Source of the DNA: Flavobacterium sp.
GTDB taxonomy: Bacteria; Bacteroidota; Bacteroidia; Flavobacteriales; Flavobacteriaceae
Length of the DNA stretch: 64,000 bases
Direction: 5' to 3'
Assembly: GCF_043756175.1 (NCBI RefSeq)
Contig: NZ_JAYURN010000112.1
Location: 8,957-72,956 of the forward strand
Made by a program: the position numbers and the translations under genes. Positions 39,418-48,540 of this stretch are shown piece by piece. The number at the start of each line of letters is the position of its first letter. The first letter of the stretch is position 1. The notes under the pieces were generated by a model. It was not told the DNA's origin. It did no database searches and saw only the letters and a list, made by a program, of their open reading frames with translations.

Positions 39418-39562
39418 ATTGCCTTGAGTTTTTAACAAAGCATAGTTTTGTAAACACTTTCTGTAAAATTAATAAATAACTGTAATTCAATTACTTAAAA
39501 ACGAAAAAAAAGGTAAGGTATTGTAAAATAAGGGATTTATTTTTAGCTCTAAAAACCAAAAA

Positions 39563-40132
39563 CTATTCGTTTTTTAGTTCTTCGGCAACCTTCTCTAGTT
39601 CGGCATACCAGTTTTGGCCAAAGCGACGAATAAGTGCTTCTTTTACAAATTTATATACTGGAACTTCGAGTTCTTTTCCTAATGAGCAGGCTGGAGAACA
39701 AATATCCCATTTGTCGTAATTTACAGCTGCAAATTCGGTAAAATCTTTAACACGAATTGGATACAAATGACAAGAAACCGGTTTTTTCCAATCGATTATT
39801 CCTTGATTGTAAGCTTGTTCGATTCCGCAAAGTGCCGTTTTACCATCAAAAATGACATAAGCACAATCTTTCTCGTCAATAAGCGGAGTTTCTTGACCTC
39901 CATCGACTCCAATATGCCAGGTTCCTAGCGCTTCAATTGCGGCAATCCCTTCTGGTCGTAGTAAGTGCTTTATCTTTGGGTAAATTTCTTCTAGAATTTT
40001 AGTTTCCTCATCAAGTAATGGCGCGCCAGCATCGCCATCGACACAACAAGCGCCTTTACACGCTGATAAGTTGCATACAAATTCTTTTTGAAGAATGTCT
40101 TCCGATACGATTGTTTTACCTAGTTGAAACAT
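39563..40132 (-). CDS. DUF3109 family protein
   Basis: FVCNLSACKGACC, KPVSCHLYPIR, Cys-rich. Confidence 0.85.
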   Translation of the reverse strand: MFQLGKTIVSEDILQKEFVCNLSACKGACCVDGDAGAPLLDEETKILEEIYPKIKHLLRPEGIAAIEALGTWHIGVDGGQETPLIDEKDCAYVIFDGKTALCGIEQAYNQGIIDWKKPVSCHLYPIRVKDFTEFAAVNYDKWDICSPACSLGKELEVPVYKFVKEALIRRFGQNWYAELEKVAEELKNE

Positions 40133-40229
40133 TTTGCAAAGGTAGTTTAAACTTTTTGAGTTACAAAAATTTATTATAAATACTCAGCTTGCTTTGCCAG
40201 TCTTTTGTTATAGTTATTATATGAAGAAT

Positions 40230-40257
40230 CACAAAGTTTACACAGAGATAAACGAAG
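40230..40257 (+). repeat. Degenerate solo 11-nt-unit arm
   Basis: CACAAAGTTTA CACAGAGATAA ACGAAG, same unit as the GxxExxY flanks. Confidence 0.45.
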
Positions 40258-40327
40258 AAAAACATCATTATAACTACAGTCAGCAAAGAAAATTTAATTG
40301 TACTTTTGTAAAATAAAAATAGTGATT

Positions 40328-40906
40328 ATGTTCGAAATTAGCTGGAAGGAAATTGTAACGGTAAGTATGGTTTTGTTTGCCGTGATTGATATTATTGGAA
40401 GTATTCCTGTGATTGTAGATTTACGCAGTAAAGTGGGGCATATTCACTCTGAAAAAGCTTCGATTGTTGCGATGTTTATCATGATTACGTTTCTTTTTGT
40501 GGGTGAAGAATTGCTACATCTGATAGGAATTGATGTTAATTCTTTTGCTGTCGCAGGTTCGTTTGTCTTGTTTTTTCTGGCATTAGAAATGATTTTAGGT
40601 ATTCGATTATACCGAGATGAAGAAGCAAAAACGGCTTCGATTGTACCTATTGCTTTTCCGCTAATTGCTGGTGCGGGAACGATGACAACTTTGCTGTCGC
40701 TGAAATCTCAGTTTCATACTATTAATATTATTATTGCAATTTTACTAAACATTATTTTGGTTTATGCGGTTTTGAAATCGTCTTCTAAAATCGAAAAAAT
40801 GTTAGGCGTTACTGGTTTGGGAATCATTAGAAAAGTGTTTGGCGTCGTTTTATTAGCTATTGCTGTTAAATTATTCGCAGCTAATGTTAAAGGCTTGTTT
40901 CTTTAA
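40328..40906 (+). CDS. MarC family membrane protein
   Basis: LFAVIDIIG, FAVAGS, VPIAFPLIAGAGT; start set at MFEI. Confidence 0.9.
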   Translation: MFEISWKEIVTVSMVLFAVIDIIGSIPVIVDLRSKVGHIHSEKASIVAMFIMITFLFVGEELLHLIGIDVNSFAVAGSFVLFFLALEMILGIRLYRDEEAKTASIVPIAFPLIAGAGTMTTLLSLKSQFHTINIIIAILLNIILVYAVLKSSSKIEKMLGVTGLGIIRKVFGVVLLAIAVKLFAANVKGLFL

Positions 40907-40944
40907 CCGAAATTTTAGTATTTTTGACCTATAAATAATTTCAT

Positions 40945-41145
40945 ATGAAAATCTTTACTTATATCATTATTGCATTAGCTACTATTTTTATCGGCATCAA
41001 TTTTACTAGACTCGATTTTAGTAATTTATTGGAAGGCGAAAGTCTGATTGCGATTATAGGAATTATTGCCATAGTTTGCGCTGTAGTTATTTTACTTATT
41101 TTTAGATTGTCTAAATCTATCGAAGAGAAATTAAAAAATCAATAA
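40945..41145 (+). CDS. Small 2-TM hypothetical protein
   Basis: 66-aa ORF, stop abuts the next start. Confidence 0.65.
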   Translation: MKIFTYIIIALATIFIGINFTRLDFSNLLEGESLIAIIGIIAIVCAVVILLIFRLSKSIEEKLKNQ

Positions 41146-41754
41146 ATGTTTGATGTTTTAATTATTGGCGGAGGCGTTTCGGGTGTTTCTTGCGCTTTGG
41201 TTTTAGGTTCTGCTCACAAAAAGGCTTTTGCTCAGGACAAAAAAATTGCCATTATTACACACCAAAAATCATCATCGCTTCAAGATGCTATTTTTTACAA
41301 TGCTTATGGTATTCATTCTGGAAAATTAGGTTCTGAAATCCTTACCGAAACCACTACGCAATTACAAGAAAATTATCCTCATGTTACGCAAATAGAAACC
41401 GAAAAAGTCGTTTCTGTGGCTGGCGAAGCGGGGAATTTTGTGATTGTTACCAATAAAAACACGTACCAAACTAGAATTATTGTAATAGGAATAGGTTCTT
41501 CAAGCTTATTCTCGATTGAAGGTTTACAACAATATATTGAACCCCACAATAAGTCATTGGCAGATAAAAACAGAATTCAACTAAAAAATACGGATCAAAA
41601 AGTAGCTGACGGAATTTATGTTGTTGGCTCTTTAGCCGGACACCGAAGTCAGCTTGCGATTGCCGCCGGAAGTGGTGCTGCAGTTGCTACCGATATTCTT
41701 ACTTTATGGAATAATGGTATTGAAACGCATGTTCATGATAGTGTGAGGGAGTAG
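41146..41754 (+). CDS. FAD-dependent pyridine nucleotide-disulfide oxidoreductase-like protein
   Basis: IIGGGVSG Rossmann motif, GIYVVG, QLAIAAGSGA. Confidence 0.85.
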   Translation: MFDVLIIGGGVSGVSCALVLGSAHKKAFAQDKKIAIITHQKSSSLQDAIFYNAYGIHSGKLGSEILTETTTQLQENYPHVTQIETEKVVSVAGEAGNFVIVTNKNTYQTRIIVIGIGSSSLFSIEGLQQYIEPHNKSLADKNRIQLKNTDQKVADGIYVVGSLAGHRSQLAIAAGSGAAVATDILTLWNNGIETHVHDSVRE

Positions 41755-41860
41755 GTTTTTATTTAAACGATTAGAAGTATAAAAAAAACTTCAAAAATTT
41801 AAAAAAAAACCAATAAAACTACTGTTATGCGATTGTGCTTTAATTTTTGGTATTCAAGTT

Positions 41861-42184
41861 CTAATATTTACCAAATAAATTAGTCCCTTTTAATAATCTT
41901 ATCTTTTCAACCATAGCATTCCGTTTAATAACAACTTTCTCAATTAATGACATTGCTTTTTTAAATTCAATTGCTCCAATTAATTCAAAAGCATATTCAT
42001 AAGAAGTTAAAATATCTCCCTTTGTTAATTCTGGAAATTTTTGCAGAATTTCTTTCTCCGAACCTCCACCTCCATGAGCCAATAGTCTCAATATCTCCCT
42101 AACAGAAACGTTTTTCCCTTTTATAAGTACTTCTGAATATAAAGCATCACCTTTTCCTGCTGATAATTTATCTTCTAAATTCAT
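41861..42184 (-). CDS. DUF433-like protein
   Basis: IKGKNVSVREILRLLAHG...SEKEILQKFPELTKGDILTSYEYA. Confidence 0.65.
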   Translation of the reverse strand: MNLEDKLSAGKGDALYSEVLIKGKNVSVREILRLLAHGGGGSEKEILQKFPELTKGDILTSYEYAFELIGAIEFKKAMSLIEKVVIKRNAMVEKIRLLKGTNLFGKY

Positions 42185-42218
42185 TTTATTCTATTTAAAA
42201 ATCTTAACCCAAAAACCT

Positions 42219-43793
42219 TTAATTCTTCAAAGCTTCCTTTACCATCACATCATCTTTTAGTACAACCTGATAATACTGGCTTTCGCCTAATAATTGTCGA
42301 CAAAACTCGGCCGAAATATAACGTTTGATGTAGTTTTTGCTCGAATCTAAATCGATAAACGAATCATTCAATTCAAACATTTTTTTGAAACTATTGTAAT
42401 ACAAATCCGAACCTTCTATTTTAGTGATAATTTGGGCAAAAGTCAGGTTAGAAAACTGGTTTCTGTGACGGTCTAATTCTTTAAAAACAAAATTAGAAAC
42501 CAATCCAGATTGCATAATCATAGGGATTATTTCGTTCCCTTTTGTAGATTCTAACGAAACAAAAACATCGGGTACAATACCGCCACCGCCATATACAATT
42601 CTGCCTTTTGGAGTTTTAAACTTTAAAGGATCAGCAATTTTTATACTGTCTTTAGCATACAATTCGCCGTTTTTGTAACGGTTCATAAACTCGTTAAGGT
42701 ATTCTTCGTTTCCGTCTTGGTATGACTTCTGAATAGAACGTCCAGTTGGCGTATAATATCTCGCAATAGTTAATCTCACGGTGCTTCCGTCTTCGAAAGG
42801 CATTTCTCGTTGCACCAATCCTTTCCCAAAAGAGCGACGGCCAACGACCAAACCTCTATCATTATCTTGTATCGCGCCAGCTAGAATTTCGCTTGCCGAA
42901 GCCGAATTTTCGTTGATTAGTAAAGTGACTTTTCCATTCTCGAAAACACCATCGCTTGTAGCAAAAGTTTTATCGATACGTTTTTTCTTGTTTTTAGTAA
43001 AAACAATGAGTTTTTTGTCTTTCAAGAATTCATCAGCAATAGAAACCGCTTGATCAAGATAGCCACCACCATTGTCTCGTAGATCGATAACTAGCGAATT
43101 TGCACCTTGTTTTTTTAGTTTATTTAAACCAATTTTAAATTCCTTATACGTTGTTTCAGAAAAGCGATTCAACTTTATATACCCTGTTTTTTTAGTGAGC
43201 ATGATAGCAATATCGACGCTTTTTAGAGGGATAACATTGCGGATTACTTTCAGATTGAATTTTTTGTTTGTCGATTTTCTAAAAACTGTCAGAATTACTT
43301 CGGAGTTTGGCTCTCCTTTTAGCTTTGAATATAGCTTTTCGGTGGTAATTTTTTTACCAAAAAGCTTTTCGTTATTGGCCGATAAAATTCTGTCACCAGC
43401 CTTGATTCCTGCTTTTTCTGAAGGTCCGCCTTCTACAGGTTTGATGACTGCGATGGTGTCATTATTTACAAAAAAGTTAACGCCAATACCTACAAAATCA
43501 CCCTTCATGCTTTCGGCAACACCTTGTGCTTCATTACTTGCAATATAAACTGAATGTGGATCGAGTTTACCTAAAATTCCGTTTACGGTTTGGTCTACAA
43601 TCGAATCGGTATTTACATTATCTACATATTCGTCATTTATAAAATCGATCAGTTTGTTGAGTTTTTGTTTGGATTGATTCTCAGTATTTAGCTTTGTCGA
43701 AACTGGAATTCTAACAAAAATACCGCCCAACAAAAATCCAACCGCTATTGCGGCAAAAATGAATAACGGAAAATATACTTTATCAACTTTCAT
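42219..43793 (-). CDS. S41 family C-terminal processing peptidase (CtpA/Prc-like)
   Basis: LDPHS, PDZ (GIKAGD), DLRDNGGG, SASASEI, GKGLVQ, ARYYTPTGRSIQ. Confidence 0.95.
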   Translation of the reverse strand: MKVDKVYFPLFIFAAIAVGFLLGGIFVRIPVSTKLNTENQSKQKLNKLIDFINDEYVDNVNTDSIVDQTVNGILGKLDPHSVYIASNEAQGVAESMKGDFVGIGVNFFVNNDTIAVIKPVEGGPSEKAGIKAGDRILSANNEKLFGKKITTEKLYSKLKGEPNSEVILTVFRKSTNKKFNLKVIRNVIPLKSVDIAIMLTKKTGYIKLNRFSETTYKEFKIGLNKLKKQGANSLVIDLRDNGGGYLDQAVSIADEFLKDKKLIVFTKNKKKRIDKTFATSDGVFENGKVTLLINENSASASEILAGAIQDNDRGLVVGRRSFGKGLVQREMPFEDGSTVRLTIARYYTPTGRSIQKSYQDGNEEYLNEFMNRYKNGELYAKDSIKIADPLKFKTPKGRIVYGGGGIVPDVFVSLESTKGNEIIPMIMQSGLVSNFVFKELDRHRNQFSNLTFAQIITKIEGSDLYYNSFKKMFELNDSFIDLDSSKNYIKRYISAEFCRQLLGESQYYQVVLKDDVMVKEALKN

Positions 43794-43809
43794 TTAGAAA
43801 ATGTATTGT

Positions 43810-44238
43810 TTATTCAATTTCTTGAATCCAATCTACCTGAACGCCTGCTTTTTCTAGGAATTCTAACCCTGAATTGTCTTTATAACCTTCCATATACACA
43901 ACTCTTTTTATTCCCGATTGGTGTATTAGTTTGCTACATTCTTTGCATGGCGAAAGCGTAATGTATAAAGTAGCACCTTCGCAAGTCTGTGTCGATCGGG
44001 CTACTTTTAGTATCGCATTTGCTTCGGCGTGAAGCACATACCACTTAGTGAGTCCTTCTTCGTCTTCGCAACAATTTTCGAAACCTGATGGAGAACCGTT
44101 GTAACCATCGGAAATTATCATTCTATCTCGTACAATAATCGCGCCAACTTGCTTGCGCTTGCAATAGGAAAGTTTGCCCCATTCTTTTGCTAATCGCAAA
44201 TAGGCTTTATCGTATTTGTTTTGTTTTTTCTCTTTCAT
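43810..44238 (-). CDS. dCMP deaminase family protein
   Basis: SYCKRKQVGA, GYNG, HAEANA, PCKEC. Confidence 0.93.
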   Translation of the reverse strand: MKEKKQNKYDKAYLRLAKEWGKLSYCKRKQVGAIIVRDRMIISDGYNGSPSGFENCCEDEEGLTKWYVLHAEANAILKVARSTQTCEGATLYITLSPCKECSKLIHQSGIKRVVYMEGYKDNSGLEFLEKAGVQVDWIQEIE

Positions 44239-44343
44239 CTCGTTTTTTGAACGAGACAAAAGTAAATCATTTTTTGAGTTGAAATGTTAATTGAGAATAT
44301 TTAACTATTTTTTAGTTTACTGAGGTTAAAATGGTTGCTCTAA

Positions 44344-44500
44344 TATCCCTTATTACTTCACTTGGTTTCTATTTTTATGGAGTTCAGTGAACTTCGTTTG
44401 AAATGAAAATCCTCGTCTCGTCTTTTTCGGACGAGGCGAGATTGTAATGGAAAGAAGGAATACGATTTGCAAAAACACCCAAGCTTTTCGCTCCTAAAAA
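44344..44500 (+). mobile_element. TA-bounded palindromic element, composite copy with module X
   Basis: TATCCCTTAT-[X 44354-44398]-TGAAATGAAAATCC-hairpin-GATTGTAATGGAAAG...GCTCCTA. Confidence 0.6.
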
Positions 44501-44504
44501 TAAA

Positions 44505-45098
44505 TTATCTACTCCAAACTGGACTTTGAATGATTAACGGAATGACTACTCCTATTATAAATGCCGACATAACGAGTGTCCAGTCTCTTTTGGAAAATCT
44601 GAAAACAGTTTGCACTATATAAGAGATAATTAGAATGACAAAAACGACTATTATTTGAGCGGTTTCTATTCCTAAAGCAAATTCCGATAGTGGCAATAGT
44701 TTATCGGTTGCGTTACCTGGTAAAATAGTTTTGAAATAGTTAGAAAACCCTAATCCGTGAATGATTCCGAAGAATAATGTTATAAAAGCTAAGAGGCTAA
44801 TTCCTTCGCCTTTGTTATTTTTTCCTGCTGTAAAAAGGTTGAATAATGCTACCAAGAGGATTGTTATGGGAATTATAAATTCTATCAGATTGGCTTTAAT
44901 ATAAACCACACCAAATAAAGAAAGGATTAATGCTAATGTGTGTCCTAATGTAAAAAGTGAAATGAGAAGTAGTAATCTTCTCCAGTCTTTGAAAGCGTAA
45001 GGAACGGTTAGTGCAATTAGAAATAAAACATGATCGTAAGCGCTTATATTGAGCACATGTTTTAAGCCGATATTAAAATATAACCAGAATTCAGACAT
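44505..45098 (-). CDS. HupE/UreJ family protein
   Basis: GLKHVL, YDHVLF, FTLGHTL, GIIHGLGF, GIETAQ. Confidence 0.88.
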   Translation of the reverse strand: MSEFWLYFNIGLKHVLNISAYDHVLFLIALTVPYAFKDWRRLLLLISLFTLGHTLALILSLFGVVYIKANLIEFIIPITILLVALFNLFTAGKNNKGEGISLLAFITLFFGIIHGLGFSNYFKTILPGNATDKLLPLSEFALGIETAQIIVVFVILIISYIVQTVFRFSKRDWTLVMSAFIIGVVIPLIIQSPVWSR

Positions 45099-45241
45099 AA
45101 CAATAGATTTTGGGATTACCAAACTTACAAATTATTTTTTATTTATCTGTTTTTAAAATTTGTTTCTCTGTTAAAGTATTTTAAAAATGATTTCAAAAAA
45201 ATGAAGAAATGAGTATATTTGTATAAATTAAAACAAATATT

Positions 45242-45673
45242 ATGTCTTTTTCAGATTTATTCGATAGCGAATTTAAAACAAGAAATAAAGGTCATTTTTC
45301 TGCCATTGTTCGTGTAGCAATTGCCGATGGTAATTTGAGTGCAGAAGAAAAACAATTTTTAGACAAACTAAAAACACGTTTAGAGATTTCTGATGCCGAA
45401 TATGAAGAAATTTTAGAAAACCCTCTAAAATACCCTATTAATCCTCCAGTTTTACACTCACAAAGATTAGAGCGTTTGTACGATTTATCTAGAATGGTGT
45501 ATGCAGATCAAATTCTTGGACCTAAACAAAAAGAAATTCTTACTAAATTTACACTCGCATTAGGATTTACACCGGGAAATGTAAGTTATATCGTAGATAA
45601 AGCGATGTCACTTCTTATGTTAAACGTAGATTTAGATACATTTTTATACGAAATGCAACACATGAATAAGTAA
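45242..45673 (+). CDS. TerB-family (tellurite resistance-like) domain protein
   Basis: AIADGNLSAEEKQFL, MVYAD; second repeat. Confidence 0.8.
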   Translation: MSFSDLFDSEFKTRNKGHFSAIVRVAIADGNLSAEEKQFLDKLKTRLEISDAEYEEILENPLKYPINPPVLHSQRLERLYDLSRMVYADQILGPKQKEILTKFTLALGFTPGNVSYIVDKAMSLLMLNVDLDTFLYEMQHMNK

Positions 45674-45767
45674 ACAACTTATATGTTTTATAACAAAAAA
45701 TACATCGAGAATTTTCAAATTTACTATGGGTTTTTTATTTAAAATCAGACCGATATTTATATTTCGA

Positions 45768-46592
45768 TTATATTTTAAAAGTCAAAACTGGTTTATTAGC
45801 ATGATTTACTAAACCTTCGCTGATACTTCCGTTAAAGAAATGATACAAACTTGTTCTTCCATGTGTGCACATTCCTATTAAATCGGCATTGACACTACTT
45901 GCGAAATTTAAAACGCCAGTTTCAATGTTTGAATCATTATATATGTGCAACGAATAATTTGTGATTGAAAAATCTGAAACAAATTCTTTCATTATTTTTT
46001 GTGCCGCATGAGAAGTTTTAAAACTATTCGGAGTATTTATCATAACTAAATCTAGGTGCGATCCAAAAACATTGGCAAAAGCAATAATTTTTTCGAATGG
46101 TTTTTTTACTTCTTTAGAAAAATCTGAAGCAAACACAAAACGATCAGTTTTAAAATTATTTGTATCGTGTTTAATCACTAAAACTGGAGCTTCTGATGTT
46201 CTTACAATTTTTTCGGTGGTGGAACCTATAAGTAATTCTTGAAAACCTGATGTCCCGTGGGAACCCATTACAACAAGATCTATATCGTGTTTTTTACTTG
46301 ATTTTATAATTCCTTCAAAAGCACTTTCGAGCTTAACCGCTTCACTTACTTTAATCCCTTCCAGATAATCACGAGTCAAAACTTCTTCTAATTTTTCGTG
46401 CGCTTTATTTATAAAAAGGGCGATTTCTGGAATTGCTGCACCACCACTCACGGCGTCTGCCATTTGCGAAGGAATCTCTAACATGTGTACTAAAAAAATT
46501 TCTCCGTTTGTATCTCTTGCAATTTGCGCAGCCACTTTTAGAGCGTGTTCAGCATTTTCTGAAAAATCGGTAGGAACTAATATTCGTTTCAT
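45768..46592 (-). CDS. Universal stress protein (tandem USP)
   Basis: ILVPTDFS, DLVVMGSHG, IGSTTEKIVR, MCTHGR. Confidence 0.93.
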   Translation of the reverse strand: MKRILVPTDFSENAEHALKVAAQIARDTNGEIFLVHMLEIPSQMADAVSGGAAIPEIALFINKAHEKLEEVLTRDYLEGIKVSEAVKLESAFEGIIKSSKKHDIDLVVMGSHGTSGFQELLIGSTTEKIVRTSEAPVLVIKHDTNNFKTDRFVFASDFSKEVKKPFEKIIAFANVFGSHLDLVMINTPNSFKTSHAAQKIMKEFVSDFSITNYSLHIYNDSNIETGVLNFASSVNADLIGMCTHGRTSLYHFFNGSISEGLVNHANKPVLTFKI

Positions 46593-46732
46593 AATATTTG
46601 GTTTTTAGGTTTGATAATGTTTGCTATTTAAATCTTTATTAAAGATAGGGAATTATTTAACACAAATCAAAATTTCGTAAATTAAAAAAAAGTAGTATAT
46701 TTGCACATTATTAAGCAGTTTATCTAAATAAT

Positions 46733-46758
46733 GAGGGAAGCACTGCTTCCCTCTTTTT
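46733..46758 (+). terminator. Terminator-like attenuator hairpin in rimP leader
   Basis: GAGGGAAGC-ACT-GCTTCCCTC-TTTTT between TATATTTG (46696-46703) and the rimP ATG. Confidence 0.6.
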
Positions 46759-46765
46759 ATACAAT

Positions 46766-47230
46766 ATGACATTTAAAGAAAAAGTAAAAGACCTTTTAGA
46801 AAGCGGTTTGGCAGAATATCCAAGCTTGTTTTTAATTGATTTAAACATCAACGATGCAAACAAAATTGTTATAACTTTAGATGGCGATAATGGCGTTCAA
46901 TTACAAGATTGCATCAATATTAGTAGAGCAATCGATAACAATTTAGATAGAGAAGAAGTTGATTTTGCTTTAGAAGTTGCTTCAGCTGGAGTTTCATTAC
47001 CATTAAAGTTAGTTCGTCAATACAAAAAAAATATTGGAAGAACTTTAAAAATAAAAACTACATCTCAAACCATTGAAGCTTTGCTTTTAGAAGTATCGGA
47101 TGAAGATATTACGGTAGAATGGAGTTCGAGAGAACCAAAAAAGATAGGAAAAGGAAAAGAAACAGTAGTGCATAACGAAAAAATCGCTTACGCGGATATT
47201 CAAGAAGCTATAGTTATAATCATATTTTAA
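46766..47230 (+). CDS. rimP: Ribosome maturation factor RimP
   Basis: LDGDNGV, CINISR, LEVASAG; upstream of nusA. Confidence 0.95.
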   Translation: MTFKEKVKDLLESGLAEYPSLFLIDLNINDANKIVITLDGDNGVQLQDCINISRAIDNNLDREEVDFALEVASAGVSLPLKLVRQYKKNIGRTLKIKTTSQTIEALLLEVSDEDITVEWSSREPKKIGKGKETVVHNEKIAYADIQEAIVIIIF

Positions 47231-47245
47231 ATTAAACGAGTTGGC

Positions 47246-48487
47246 ATGGAGAATTTAGCATTAATAGATTCATTTTCGGAATTTAAGGACGACAAATCAA
47301 TAGATCGCCCAACGCTTATGGCGATTTTGGAAGATGTGTTTAGAAACGCATTGAAGAAAAAATACGGTTCAGATGATAATTTTGATATCATTATCAATCC
47401 TGATAAAGGTGATATGGAAATTTGGCAAAGAAGAGTAATTGTAGCTGATGATGATTTAGATTTAGATCACCTTGAGATTACACTTACTGATGCAAGAAAA
47501 ATTGAACCCGATTTCGAAATTGGCGAAGAAGTTTCTGAAGAAGTAAAATTAATCGACCTTGGAAGAAGAGCTATTTTAGCATTGCGCCAAAATTTGATTT
47601 CAAAAATTCATGAACATGACAACACTAATCTTTACAAACAATTTAAAGATTTAATTGGAGATATATATACCGGAGAAGTTCATCACGTGCGCCCAAGAGT
47701 AGTAATTCTTGTAGATGACGAAGGAAATGAAATTATTTTACCAAAAGAAAAACAAATTCCGTCTGACTTTTTCCGTAAAGGAGATAATGTTCGTGGAATT
47801 ATTGAATCTGTTGAATTAAAAGGAAATAAACCTCAAATTATTATGTCTAGAACTTCGGAGAAGTTTTTAGAAAAATTGTTTGAACAAGAAATTCCAGAAG
47901 TTTTTGACGGGTTAATTATGGTTAAAAACGTAGTTCGTATTCCTGGTGAAAAAGCAAAAGTAGCTGTCGATTCTTACGATGATCGTATCGATCCAGTTGG
48001 TGCTTGTGTGGGAATGAAAGGATCACGAATTCACGGAATTGTTCGCGAATTAGGAAACGAAAATATAGATGTTATTAATTATACGACGAATACTCAATTA
48101 TACATTACAAGAGCATTAAGTCCTGCAAAAGTATCTTCTATTAAAATTAATGAAGAAACAAAACGTGCTGAAGTTTTCTTGAAACTAGAAGAAGTTTCAA
48201 AAGCAATTGGACGTGGAGGACACAACATCAAACTTGCCGGTCAATTAACTGGCTATGAACTTGATGTGATTAGAGAAGGAACTGTAGCTGCCGATGATGA
48301 TGTAGAATTAACAGAATTCTCAGACGAAATCGAAGCTTGGGTTATCGAAGAATTTGCAAAAATTGGTTTAGATACAGCAAAAAGCATCCTAAGTCAAGAT
48401 GTAAACGACTTAGTAAGAAGAACCGATTTAGAAGAAGAAACTATTCTTGAAGTAGTTAGAATATTGAAAGAAGAATTTGAAGAGTAA
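47246..48487 (+). CDS. nusA: Transcription termination/antitermination factor NusA
   Basis: S1 and KH domains, RIPGEKAKVAV, DPVGACVG, IGRGGHNI. Confidence 0.98.
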   Translation: MENLALIDSFSEFKDDKSIDRPTLMAILEDVFRNALKKKYGSDDNFDIIINPDKGDMEIWQRRVIVADDDLDLDHLEITLTDARKIEPDFEIGEEVSEEVKLIDLGRRAILALRQNLISKIHEHDNTNLYKQFKDLIGDIYTGEVHHVRPRVVILVDDEGNEIILPKEKQIPSDFFRKGDNVRGIIESVELKGNKPQIIMSRTSEKFLEKLFEQEIPEVFDGLIMVKNVVRIPGEKAKVAVDSYDDRIDPVGACVGMKGSRIHGIVRELGNENIDVINYTTNTQLYITRALSPAKVSSIKINEETKRAEVFLKLEEVSKAIGRGGHNIKLAGQLTGYELDVIREGTVAADDDVELTEFSDEIEAWVIEEFAKIGLDTAKSILSQDVNDLVRRTDLEEETILEVVRILKEEFEE

Positions 48488-48540
48488 ATTCTTGATTAGC
48501 ATACGCATACCACAATAAAAAGATAATATAAAAAGATTTT

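Noticed and set aside
45242-45673. Tellurite-resistance or defence island
   Set aside because: Single TerB-like gene among housekeeping genes with no ter cluster
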